A stretch of 60,457 bases of DNA, filler included, from Basidioascus undulatus (lineage: Eukaryota), in assembly GCA_000826855.1 (NCBI GenBank). It is 9 parts of 9 records of this genome, joined end to end, with 100 filler letters (N's around TTAATTAATTAA, not from the genome) between each part and the next. Parts side by side here need not be neighbours in the genome. Positions count along the whole stretch, not along the records: positions 1 to 4,308 come from JTLS01002179.1; positions 4,409 to 29,661 come from JTLS01000218.1; 7 more parts are not named here. The stretch is one strand, 5' to 3'. Made by a program: the position numbers and the translations under genes. A model generated the notes under the pieces. It was not told the DNA's origin and did no database searches. It saw only the letters and a program-made list of their open reading frames with translations. Below are positions 1 to 11,379 of the stretch, piece after piece. How positions within the stretch are numbered: position 1 is the stretch's first letter; the number at the start of each line of letters is the position of its first letter.

Positions 1-928
1 CTCGCCCGTCTCCGAAGCCGCGCCCTCCCCCTCCTCCTCCCGCTCTGTCTCGCCCCTCCCCACGCCCCGCCCCGACTCCGGCGCGTTCCCGAACGAGCCA
101 TTCGCGCCGCCGCTCCTCGACCCCGTCACCGAGTGGTACGCGACCGCCTACTCCCAGGCTGAGCTCGCCACGTTCTTCTGCGATAAGCCACGGAAGATGT
201 CGCTTGCTTCGATGGACCCGAGCATGCTGTGCGGGTTCTTGGTCAAGGATGAGGCGGACTGGTTGAACTTCGTTTCGCGTGTTGGGCAGGTGGGTTTGCG
301 CTCCCCTTTTCCTTCCCCACTCGTTTCCTCCATTAGAACACATAGACTTACCTCGTCCTGACGCGGGCAGCTCTCCGAGCCGATCTTCAGCATCCAAGAA
401 GAGCCCCCGCGCTTCGACTCGGACGACGAGGGCCTCCGCTCGTTCTCCGAGCCCGACGCAGACAGCCTCGACGACGGGCGGTCCATGTCGGCCGAGGCTG
501 AGGAGGACGACGACGACGCCGACCCGGAGGAGGAGGACTGGGTTGTCAACTCTAACTCCAACGCGGCTGCGCCTTCGCCATCTCCCGCTGCTGCCACACG
601 AGCAACAGCCGAGCAGGTGGAGGACGACGACGACAATGACGACGACGACCGCTCCTCGTCCTCGCGCGGCGGCCTCGCTCTCCCCCAGCCCACGAGTCCG
701 CGGGAGGACCAGCCCCTGGCCGGACGGCACGAGCGCAGCCCGACGGTCAGGCCGCAGCATCGGCGCGCAGAGAGCGAGGCGACCGTGTCGGCCGGCGGCA
801 GCGGGCCAAGGAGACTGTCTACGTCCCCTTCTCCGTCCCCGTCGCCCGTGCGGGTGCCGGCACCGGCCCCGCTGTCGAGGGAGAAGGAGAAGGAGGTGCT
901 CGTTGCTGACGACGAGGATGACTTCTGA
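1..928 (+). CDS. ATG4: Autophagy cysteine protease Atg4 (peptidase C54), 3' part; intron ~290-371
   Basis: Frame 2 reads ...YSQAELATFFCDKPRKMSLASMDPSMLCGFLVKDEADWLNF, matching the Atg4 C-terminal motif (TFHC..RKM....DPSMLIGFL). After a GT..AG intron comes an acidic tail ending EDDF* at 928. The 5' end is off the contig. Confidence 0.88.
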
Positions 929-1836
929 GTCCAACCCTTATACCCCGCCCAGCCTTTTCACCGCCCGCTTCCCACTTCCTTTATCTACCCTGTTTCTTTC
1001 TCATTTTCGTTCCAACCGCGTCGTTCCCTACCCGTTTCCTCTGCTCTCTCTGCCTACTGCTGCGCTTTGTCTCTCGCATGTTTCCCGTTTGCTCAACTGT
1101 TCGCCCGCCTACAATGTACTAGTTCTCCATTTCTTACTTCACTCGCATACGCCCTGTCCCGTCCTGTTTTCATTAGTCTTGATACCTGCTTTGGTGCCAA
1201 TTGAAAGCTACGCTTGAGATGACAAGCGGAGACAAGGCCGACTGTGCTTGAAGATGTGCCTTTGCTCGTGCAGACAAGCACACGACGCTCCGACAGAAAC
1301 CCAAGAGCGTGCGGCTGTACCTGTGCATGGCTGTCTGATACATGTGCATGGCAAGCATCAGACAGCCGGCGGAGAAAAACAGCGACGAAGGCAAATCGAA
1401 ACAAGACACTATGCAGGACTGCGGCTAGACAAGGGCATGATTGTATGACGACGGTGCGAGACGAGCGAGGGATGGACGAGTTGGATGGTATGGAGAAAGA
1501 GCGGATCGGAAGACGATGCGTAGACGTAGAGAAAAGGACGTGAGTATTGTGCATGTGCGTGGGATCGATGCGTGTTTGTACGCAGTAAGGCAGTAAAGAA
1601 AGGAGCGAAAAGGCAAGAGCGCACGCAGGGCGCAAGGGCAAAGGGAGCGACGATCAGGGGTAGCGAGCGTGAAAGAGAAAGTGCAGGGCAAGGCAAACCA
1701 AAGCGAGGCAAACCAAAGCGACGAAGACGAAGGGAGAAAAGGGTTCGAAAGTGCTGCAAGTTCGAATTTCAGAAAGTTCAAATTATGCAATAATGCGTTG
1801 GCTGTGTGAGGGAGAGGAGAAAAGGCATGGAGGAGG

Positions 1837-4308
1837 TCAAGCCACCTTGGGGACGGCGACGCGACGGGCTCTCGACGTGACGCGCTTGCGCATCGGCACG
1901 GCCTCCTTCTGGCTCGCCTTGGCCGGGAGGGTGTGCGGTCTCTGAGCGTCCTTGCCGCCGGCAGCGGGCGCGACAGCGGCAGCTCTTGCCGCGGCGGCGG
2001 CGGAACTCTTGGCGGCCTTCGCGGCGTCGCGGTCGCGGAGCATGGTCTCGGCCTTGCGCGTGAGCTTCTTGACGGCCTGGTCGGCGATCTTGATGCTGAA
2101 CGCGACGGGGAGGAGGTTGTCGGACGCGATGATGTGCGCCGGGAGGTGAAGCAGGTGGTCGAGCATCTCGGACTGCGACGGGCAGAGCTTGGTGTCCAGC
2201 AGGAACGGGCGGGAGAGCTCGATGATGGCGAGCGCGACGCGGAAGAGGAACTTGTGGCCTGCCAAGGAGACCAAGACGTTGAACCAGGACGTTGAGCCGC
2301 TTTTAGCGTTCAGTCAAATTAATCTGGACGCACCCTCGAAGAAGAAGACGTCCAGGACACGGAGGACCGTGCCCCACGGGAGCGTGCGCGTCCAAAGTGG
2401 AAGAATCCAGCTGGCAAGGTACATGAGCGGGTCGACGCCCTCGGAGGCCTGTATGGAGCGCGAGCGTCGCATCAGTCTCTCGCATCAGTGGTGGTCGAGA
2501 ACACAAAGACAACGCACCAGACGCTTCGCGACCTTCGGCTCGGCCGACTCGAGCAGCATGCGGAACACCTCTGCGTCGACGCGCATAGCGAACATGTCCG
2601 GCGTCTGCATTCCCATACCCATCCCTTCCTCAGCCGACCCCGCCTTCACTTCCACGCTCCAAGGGGTAGGGAACGCACGTAGTACTTTGGCAGCAACCGG
2701 TCCACAACGCTGACGAGCAGATAGAACGCCTCCTCCGCGGGCGCCTGGAGGAGCAAGCACCCCGCGATGAGCCCCAGGCCTTGGCAGTAGCCCGTGAGCG
2801 GGTCGAACGCCGCGAAGGCGCGGAGAACGTTGCGCAGATCCGCCCTGCCGGGGGCATTCTCGCCACGGAAGGAAGAGTGGTCGGGAAAGCAGCTGATGGG
2901 TGGGGCTGCGTCAGGTTCGCCTTCGGGAAGTGAAGCGAGGGAAGGGGAGGAAAACGAAGGGGTGGATGATGGAAGGGAGCGGGAAGGGTGGGAAGGGACA
3001 GAAGGAGGAGACGCACCGAGCCAAGTCCTTCTCGATATCCTGGTTCACAATGTCCGGCGGCTCGCGCGACGACAGCTCCTCGTACAGCCCCGCGACGCGG
3101 CGTTCCGTCGCGCCCGCAAGGAACCCCCAGAGCTTGCCCCTCACGGACGAGGGGATCCTGCACCACGCATCCACGCACCCTAAATTAGCACTCAACCCTC
3201 TCCTCTCCCCCTCCCCGAAGCCGAAGAGAAAGCATGGAGAAGAGCGACGCACCCCTCCCGAACCATCTTCTTCATCTTCTTGCTCCGCTTCACATTGGCG
3301 GGACTAAGCGTGCTCATGATCGCGATCCACTTCGCCTCGCGCGCCCTATGGTCCTCCACGCCCTGTCCCGTCCCCTTGCCTTCCCCCACTGCTGCCCCAG
3401 AGCCGGGCTTGATGATGAACCCGTACTCGTCGACCTCGACGAGGTCTTCCCCGTCGGGGAACTGCGCCCCGGGCGGGGGGACACCGTTGTTGAGGAGCAT
3501 GACGCTCCTTCTAATCGCGCGGCGGACGGGCGGGGCAGCCTCCTCCCCGGGGCCCTCGCCGTCGTCGTCGTCCTCGTCCGGAAGGAGGGGCATAACCACC
3601 TCCTGCTCGATGGCCTTGTGCCGCCGCGCGCGCACCTTCGCCTTGGCCGCCTCCGTGTCGCTCTCGATGTCGCTCGCGGGCGCCGACGCAGGCGCGAGCG
3701 CGGGTGCGGGTGCGGGTGCGGGTGCGGGGGCGGGGGCAAGGATCTCCCACGTCTGCCCCCCGAGCTTGATCTCGCCTTCGGGCGGGGGCGGGGCGCGCTT
3801 GGTGAGCCTGTTCCGGAGGGACGGGCGCTTGGTGAGCCCCGCTCCCGCGCCGACGGGGGAGGACGCGCTGTTCCGGAGCGGGGAGGGCGAGGTGCGGAGC
3901 GTGGGACTCGTAGCGGGAGAGGACGGGCTCGACCGCGCATCGATGATGACCGGCGGCCCGCCCTCCAGATCCGCAAGGACCGCGCTCTGGCTCTCGTCGC
4001 TCGCCGTTGCGCTCGGGCAGCCCACCGAGCCCATGCTCGCGCGCAGGAGAGCGGGCCGCCCGCCAGAGGCGGGCTCGCCGCCGCGCGCGATCTCGTCCAG
4101 GCCGGAGGAGAACGAGTTCCCTGCGCCTGCGGCAAGGTTAAGGGCTGTGCCCGTGAAGCCCGCCTTGAAGAGCGCGTTGGACGCCTTGGCGCGGAAGCCG
4201 GGCTTGGAGAGCTTGGGGGGCGGGGCGGCGTGTGGGTGCGGAGAGGGGGAGTGCGTGGTGGTTGTGGGGGAGGTGGGGTGCGAGATGGAGGAGGGGGAGC
4301 GCTCGGGG
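1837..4308 (-). CDS. Rab GTPase-activating protein, TBC domain (TBC1D10/EVI5-like), multi-exon, 5' end off contig
   Basis: Spliced translation contains DEYGF, REAKW, G|IPSSVRGKLWGFL, DIEKDLAR|CFP (IxxDxxR Arg finger), GYCQGLG (YxQ Gln finger), LPWGTVLRVLDVFFFEG and FLFRVALAII. Stop at 1837. Confidence 0.9.
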
Positions 4309-4408
4309 NNNNNNNNNNNNNNNNNNNNNNNNNNNNNNNNNNNNNNNNNNNNTTAATTAATTAANNNNNNNNNNNNNNNNNNNNNNNNNNNNNNNNNNNN
4401 NNNNNNNN
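4309..4408. other. Artificial contig spacer N44-TTAATTAATTAA-N44
   Basis: N-run around an all-frame stop linker; identical at eight positions in the window. Confidence 0.99.
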
Positions 4409-4568
4409 GAGCCACTGTTTGGAGATGCAATGAGGGGCACATATTTCTGACAGGTGACTTCGGGCTTCGGGTCTGTCTTTGGACTTCGAGCGTCGGGTTT
4501 GGGCTTTGGGGAGGAAGGTAGCAAAGAGGAGGAGAAGGCTGATGTGCTTTTCTCATGGCTGGGTGCAG

Positions 4569-5346
4569 ATCCTCGGCATTGAAAAGACCGCAACGGAGAT
4601 CGAGATCAAGAAGGCATACAGGCGCGAGTCGCTCAAGGCTCACCCGGACAAGCCCGGCGGGGACGAGGAGAATTTCAAGATTGGTGCGTCCTTGTCTCTC
4701 TTTCCGTCCCCTCGCCTCCTCCTTCTCGCCCATCCTTCTTTTCTCTTCTTGCGTTCTTTGCTTGGCGACGGCAAGAGCTGACGCGATGGTGAGGTGTCTT
4801 GTCCAGTCGCCGAGGCGTATAACGTTTTATCCGACCCCGTCGCGCGAAGGCGGTTCGACTCTGGTGCGTTGTGTGCGCGCGGCCCCGAGCGTCAGTTTAC
4901 TTACGTGCTGTGTCGGATTGGGTGACAGGCGCCGACTTGGAAGAAGACGATCCCTTCGGCGGGATGGGCGGCAGTCCCTTCGGCGGAGGCGTCGGTGCGT
5001 CCTCCGTCTCCCTCCTCTCCCTCCCTCTTCCCTCTTTCTTCCACCCTCTACCTTTTCTCCTCTCCCTCCCTCTTCCCTCTTTCTTCCTCCCTCGTCTCCT
5101 CCCCTCTTCCCGCTCACGCCCCGCCGCGCAGACCTCTCCGACATCCTCTTTAGCATGGGTGGCGGCGGCATGGGTGGCGGCGGCATGGGTGGCGGCGGCA
5201 TGGGTGGCGGTGGCATGGGCGGCGGCCGATTTGGCGGCGGCATGGGCGGCGGCGGATTCGGCGGTGGAGGGTTCCCTGGCGGCGGTGGGGGAGGGTTCCA
5301 CTTCCACTCTGGCGGCGGCGGAAGGGGGGGAGGGTTCCCGTTCTGA
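4569..5346 (+). CDS. DnaJ/Hsp40 C-terminal J domain plus Gly/Phe/Met-rich tail, DNAJC7/TPR2-like, 3' part
   Basis: ILGIEKTATEIEIKKAYRRESLKAHPDKPGGDEENFKI|..EAYNVLSDPVARRRFDS with an intact HPD motif, then GGGGM repeats ending GGGFPF*. A C-terminal J domain fits DNAJC7. Confidence 0.8.
5155..5226 (+). repeat. 15-bp coding tandem repeat (ATGGGTGGCGGCGGC)n encoding MGGGG
   Basis: Seen directly in the last exon of the J-domain gene. Confidence 0.85.
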
Positions 5347-6203
5347 GCTGGAGAAGGAGGAGGATGGAAGCGGGGAGAGGGAGGGGGAAGACAGGTATAG
5401 ATATGGCATGCCCTTTTGTTTTCATGCACGGCTACGTGTGGATGTGTGGGGCGGGGCGCTGGTTTGAGGGCGCGTTGAGGCTTTTATCATGGGAAGGACA
5501 GGGCTGCATGTGTAAGAGGTCTATGGCATCGACGTATAGGTCTGTATGTTCAGGACCAGACCACACCCCCACAGCCTACTCGACATGTCTTGCTCAGAAA
5601 AATTGGCTTAGGGCTTTCACCGAGCTATACAACTTTGTGATATGTTTGTCCCATCGCGCGGCCATGGTTCCTCCTTCATTGACCATGCCCATTTCAGCTG
5701 GGTCGCCGGGTTGATCTCAGCTTACAGGAAGGAGAACCGATGCAGGCCGGCACGACTGTCACCCTGACCTCGCCTCGGCACATGCATTCATGCGCGACCG
5801 CGGGCGGCTGCACGAGCATCGGAATGGAGTGAACTGCTTGCTGGGTGGCGACGAATATGCCGATTTGCAAAGCCTGAAAGGTCCAGCAACGCGGCAACGT
5901 GAAGGTGCCGTAGCCAAGCTCGAGCTGCCGACCGCTGACGCGGCGTCGTCCGGCACACTCACACAAGTCGTACGCTTGTCGTACACGCGTCGAGTGGGTC
6001 ATACCGGCACTGAACCCGAGGGGCCTCGATTACATAACAAGATTAGGACGGCTGTACATTGTTGTATGCATCTGGCGCCCGGGTCGTGGCAGGCCGAAAA
6101 AGCATATGAACGGGCCCTCGGACGAAGTGTTTTGGCGTCTCCCTCGTCAGACTGCTCCGCCCATCGCCTTTCCTTTACCACAATCACTCAACCCAGTACT
6201 ACA

Positions 6204-8310
6204 ATGTCTATCGTCCCTCTCACCATTGGTGGCCTCCCCGTTGGGCCTGTGGGTTTCAGCGCCATGGTAGGCCTCGTCTTACTTTTGGTGCGTGCACTGC
6301 CGGCTGCTAACATGGACCGCGGGGGGGCAGGTGCGGGGTAGGGCATCTCCGAGTGAGTTGAGAAACTCGGGTCAAGGGCTTTCAAATGCGTTTCCCCTCT
6401 TACTTGGTCTGGGCAAGGTGCTTAAATTTTATGGCAAGACGGATGAGGTCGAGGCGGCACACGTGGTTGAGGTGGGTGACTTTGTCACCGCTGTGCCCCG
6501 GGCCCAAACCCCCAACCCTTCTCTCCTTCCGGCGGTGTGGTCAACGTCATAATCGGATACTGAAGTGCCTTCCGAACCTCCCAATGATAGGCATTCATCG
6601 CCTTGCACAGCGTGCAGGACAAGGCGGTCATCGACACGTGAGCGCAATCCTTGGGTCTTCCCGAGTTTGCGGCAGTGCGCTGATGTCTCCGGTTAGGGCC
6701 AAATCCCGGTTTCAATAGGTAGCGGCCGTAACGAGGTGCCGTTCGCCGTTGGGTTCCTGCTCCGTACCTAAATCTTTTGCGTCTCAACAACAACTACCCC
6801 TTCCTTTATTATTCCCATACCAGGAGTTCCTTGCGCCAATTGTGCAGAAGTACAGGGACCAGGTGTTTACCTGCACAAAGGTATGTGTGGACCCCAATGC
6901 CGCCGCTGGCTGTAGGGCGCTGACGGACTGACCCGTTGTTTTTTGTGCCGCAGTTTGCCTACGTGCGAGGTGAAAGCGGCAGATTTGACGGTATCCTGGA
7001 GACCCGTACGAGTAATTTATATGCTGAATCTTACCCGAAATGTCGCTGCTCATGTATGGCGGGCGCCGGGCTCGTGACAACAGGGAGTACGTCAAGCAGA
7101 GCTGCCCGCATCGCTCAAGCGTTTGGTGTAGACTGTATCGACCTTTACTAGTACATGTCATTTCCCATTTTGGGGTATTTGCAAGGGCTCAGCCTTTTTT
7201 TTATTTTACCTGTCCAACAGTCAGCACCGCCCAGACCCAGACCTTCAAGTGCCCATCGAGAAGACGGTGCAGGCCCTGACGGAGCTACAGGACGCGGGCA
7301 AGATCAAGTACATTGGTTTGAGCGATGTAAGCGGGGTCGACATACCTCGTGCCTGCAAGGTTGCAAAGATTGACGCGTATAAGGTTGAGGTGGGTTACGA
7401 TGGGCTGCCATGCGCTCCTCGGTGGACGTCGTTGAGCTGACCCGTAGGGGTTTGGGAGCACAGGTCTCGCCTTGGACGCTTGACATATAAGAAAGACGGT
7501 CGCTTCAAGTATGATCAACGAACCTGATTAAAAGCTCATTCTTTTATCTCTGTGGCTCACTAAGAGTGCTTTTTTTCCACAGGGCGTGCAAGGAGAATGG
7601 CATCTCGATCATCGCGTACTCGCCCCTCGGACGTGGCTTCCTTTCTGGCAGCCTCAAGAGTCTCGACGATCTAGACAGTATGTTGACTTTCTCTTTGAAA
7701 CCATTTAAATTCAGTTTCACTGGGCTCTGCCTTTCATGATTCAGAGAACGACGTCCGTCGATGCTTCCCCCGCTTCCAGGTGAGAATGCCCTCTCTTTGA
7801 CTCTGCCCTGGCATGCCACGCGTATGCTGAGTGCCCTTCCTTTGGGATTCTGTAATCACTAAGGGTGACAACTTCAGCAGAATATCCAGCTCGTTGATCA
7901 GCTTCGCAAGTTTTCGGAACAGAAGGGCCTCACGCATTCGCACCTGTCCCTTGCGTGATACGAATTTTCTCGTCCGCTAACTACAGGAAGGTCGGCAGCT
8001 CATGCTCGGTCATTAAACCCTCCCCCTTCCGCCTCGCTTTGCACAGGCTGCTTGCCAAGGACGACTGAATCATCCCATCCCGGGCCCGCGCTTGCTCAAG
8101 CGTGTCCACGAAAACACCAGCGCCGGGAACGTCACACTGACCAATGGCGAGTTTGACGCGGTGGACAAAGCGACCCGTGCCGCCGAGTGAGTCCTAAATT
8201 TCTTCTAGCCTTATACCTCATTGGCCTGGCGTGGTAGCGTCATGGGAGACAGGTACGCCGACATGTCGTCCGTTTTGGGCGAGACGCCTGCCTCGGGCGT
8301 GAAAGACGAA
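6204..8310 (+). pseudogene. Aldo-keto reductase (YakC/pyridoxal reductase-like) pseudogene, many small exons
   Basis: Motifs [81 protein letters not shown] and GDRY. Disrupted by 1-nt deletions (~7106, ~7123, ~7880, ~8075), in-frame TAA 7488-7490, TGA 8066-8068 and an apparently mutated acceptor (TAA for TAG, ~6423-6425). Confidence 0.88.
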
Positions 8311-8495
8311 GGACAGCCTAGTTGGAATAGGAACAGATGGAACGAGCAGGATTTCGAAACGAAAATTGTATGGGAATCGCGGTGGGAGTTGAGAGAAGTA
8401 CGGGAGTGCAGGTTGAGTGCAGTATCACTAGAATGTCGCGACATGGTGGGATGTCAGGAAAATAGCCGGCGTGAATAATCGAGAAGAGACGAGGG

Positions 8496-8957
8496 ATGTT
8501 CACTCGCTGGGCAGAACAGGGTGACACCCAATTTGAGTCATGTGCACAAGCAGCAGCTGGATTCGTTACTCTTGTTGCTTTCGCCGTCGCTTCGGCTGCT
8601 CTTGCTGGCCTGTCGCGCAAGGACGAGTGTGGCTACGTCAAGGGTGTTCGTCGCGCATATCCTCCTCAGCGTAGCGAGTTCTCGCATGAAATGTTGGAAT
8701 GTCCGGCTGCAGGCCTATGACTACGGCAACCACCGAGGATGACTGCGACGGGTTTGGCAACGACAACCCGAACAAGAGCCCCAGCGATTGCTACTACCAG
8801 GTGCGCATCTTCTATGCCTCTTTATGGTCCAGTGTTCCAAGACTCTCACTATAAAGAGTTTCATACGTTGGCATAACTGCTTCGGTACCTGCCTGGACGA
8901 CGGCTACAACACCTGCTACACTGACGACACCTGCCTTTGCTACTACGCGTACTCCGT
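8496..8957 (+). CDS. Putative small secreted Cys-rich protein (start and exon structure uncertain)
   Basis: Signal-peptide-like GFVTLVAFAVASAALAG, then GT..AG-flanked segments EDDCDGFGNDNPNKSPSDCYYQ and CSKT..HNCFGTCLDDGYNTCYTDDTCLCYYAYS. Confidence 0.5.
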
Positions 8958-9161
8958 CGTAAGCCAGCCCACCAGTACCCTTGCTTTCAGAAGCCATTCG
9001 GAACAAATATAACACTTTGGTTCCGGCCTATTTTTCTTGCAGATCCCGGAGTAGAGCTACACACCAGCAAACGACGTTCATTTGAGCGTGGTTCTTTTCT
9101 GCTGTCAAAAATCGTCATGATCACACTACATGCACGTCCTACTGGTCTGGTGTGCTTGGAC

Positions 9162-10776
9162 TTATACGTTGGAGCTTCGCGAGAGGAAAGTAGCGATCGC
9201 ATGCGCGAGAAGGTCATGCACCGGCCTGTCCAGTTGTGCAACGTCGCAAATCACAGCAAATAAGTCAGCCACACACGAGTTGGCGAAAATGAGGGACTGG
9301 CTTGCCATGTGGGATGGAGCCTGAATGGATAGTCGATATAAGCATTTTAAACCTAGGAAGTTTCTGGCGTCACGGACCGGAAAACTCACGAGTTTAGCCA
9401 GAAGTACGAAGGGACCGGAGCGCTGCAAGGTGGGAGGAGCGTTGTCTGCGCGTCCGTCCCGCTCTCGTAACTGCTGCAATACCCCGTAACGTGCACGAAG
9501 CTGATGAGAAAATGAGCAAGTGCGGCACTCCCTTCCGTCCTTCGATTGTGCTCACCCGAGGCGGTCACCATGATCGAGCATGAACCCGAACAGCCTATGC
9601 GCATCGTACAGCCACGTCTGGGCGTCTGTGGTTCACCCGGAAGTCATCTACGAATCCGCTGAGCTGATCGTTACAGTCCCTTGTGCATTCAGCAGCGGAT
9701 GCGGAGAGATTTGCAGAGAGAATGTTGAACAGCGGTGCCCGCTCGAGCGGGGGAACGTTCAGGAAGAGGAAGTTGCGGATGCCGAATGTGTAAAGCGAGT
9801 CGACGAGGGTGAAATATTTGGACAGAAGCTGAGAGTGAAATTCGTTTGGCGAGGTGAGGTTTGTCTGGAATCAACGTGGATGTCAGCCGTTTGTAGACTC
9901 GGGCGGGAGTTGAACGACGTGCGCGCACCCATGCGTATGAGTCTGGTGTTGACGCGGGTCAGTAACAGGTGGGTGGTGGGTTGGGGAGAATCGTTAGTAC
10001 TCCCAATGTCGTTGATTCCTGTCAACGAGGGCCGTAAGATAGGATATGCCGAGAGTACCGTCAGCTAAAGCTCACCTTCCCAGAACACAGCCATGGTTGT
10101 CTCCGCCTGCCATTCTGGTTCTTCGGGTGAAGTGAAATACTGGTTCCAAAGATGAACTTGTGTTTTGAGTGACCTGATGGACAAATATTGGGCGAGGCTC
10201 GAGCCCGTTCGGTCAGACGCTGTGGAAGAGGACGCACTGGACTGTCGGGAGGTATGGAGGCACCAGTGCGCTGTCAACCGTCGCACCACCGTATGCAAGG
10301 TTGAAGCTTATGAGTGTGTCAGCTTGGATTCAAAGCTATCAAGTGTATGTACACATAACCTCTCACAGGCGGATTTCCGAGCTGTTGTACGTCGAGGTGA
10401 GGTACTGAATCCAGTTCTTGCCATTGGAGGATGTCTGTGGCGTATGATCCCATTCCAGTTCATGGGCGGCTTGGCGAATTAAACACCGAAAGGAACGCAC
10501 AAATCCGTGGTCGGGAGAATCGATGTCTGCGCTGACGTTGTAACCTGTCTGTAGATAGGTTCGTCACCCACGCAGCGCCTCCTGAGCGATAATGCGACAG
10601 CTCACAGTGGTGTATGAATCCCCAAACAATACAGTGCTCAATTTGCCCCAGGAAAAAGTGATTGAAACCTCGGTGGAAGTCTTCCTCAGCTGGGGCAGTA
10701 CTGCCGGTAGCGTCCGGGCGGAAGCGGCGAGTGTCGCTACAAGAGCCATGCCGAGGGTGAGAGTGCAGGAGGCCAT
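9162..10776 (-). pseudogene. Secreted SGNH/GDSL carbohydrate esterase (CE16 acetylesterase-like) with one apparent frameshift
   Basis: Signal peptide, FGDSYTT, TSSNGKNWIQYL, FNLAYGGATVDSALV, GINDIGNSY, GIRNFLFLNVPPLERAP and YFWLNSLHPTWPVHDLLA. The frame breaks at ~9627 (AAC CAC A GAC GCC CAG). One GC-AG intron at 9226-9305. Confidence 0.8.
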
Positions 10777-11379
10777 GGTCAGGATATGTGGCCGACACCA
10801 GGCCTACCGTTCACTTATATATTCGTGTCATGATCAAATACCATGACATCGGAGTCTTCCGAATACGGAGACCTCCGCAAATACCTGTGCATGATCATTT
10901 TAACATAAACTGCAGATGTGACCCGGCGTGATGCTCTCATGGGCCGGTCCGGTATACTTCACGGCCCGCACCTGGGATTTCAGCCCAGAAAAGCGCAACG
11001 TTCCGTCAAATCTTTTTGTCCGTATTCAGTATCGAAGTCAAACGTGTTCAGGCGCTGTCAAAGGGTCCACTAAGATCGCGAACCAAACGCCGTGTCTGCC
11101 GACCTCAATTCACTCATCACCGTCTTTCTCACATGGTACTGTACAACGTGAAAACAACATCAGATGAAACTGCATGAAGCGTACCACATGGGCGAGTCGT
11201 TTCCCAAACGTCTAAGACTGGGCAGGAGGGGCAGACCGACATGAATTACCATCGGCGATTCGCTCTTGTAAAGCCCGACGACTCTCACATGATAGTGACC
11301 AAGTTCTCGGTTGGCACTCACTGTCTTTCTTCGTCAACTTACGCATCCAGCCGTATACCGACGTTATTTCTACATCGTG

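Noticed and set aside
525..552. EEEDWVVN as an Atg8-interacting motif in Atg4
   Set aside because: Lacks L/I/V at the fourth core position; cannot be supported from sequence alone.
279..4364. Many long overlapping or antisense ORFs in the ORF track (e.g. 279-1217, 3234-4364, 3280-4356)
   Set aside because: Shadow ORFs caused by high GC and codon bias on or opposite real spliced genes; Arg/Pro/Ala-rich with no motifs.
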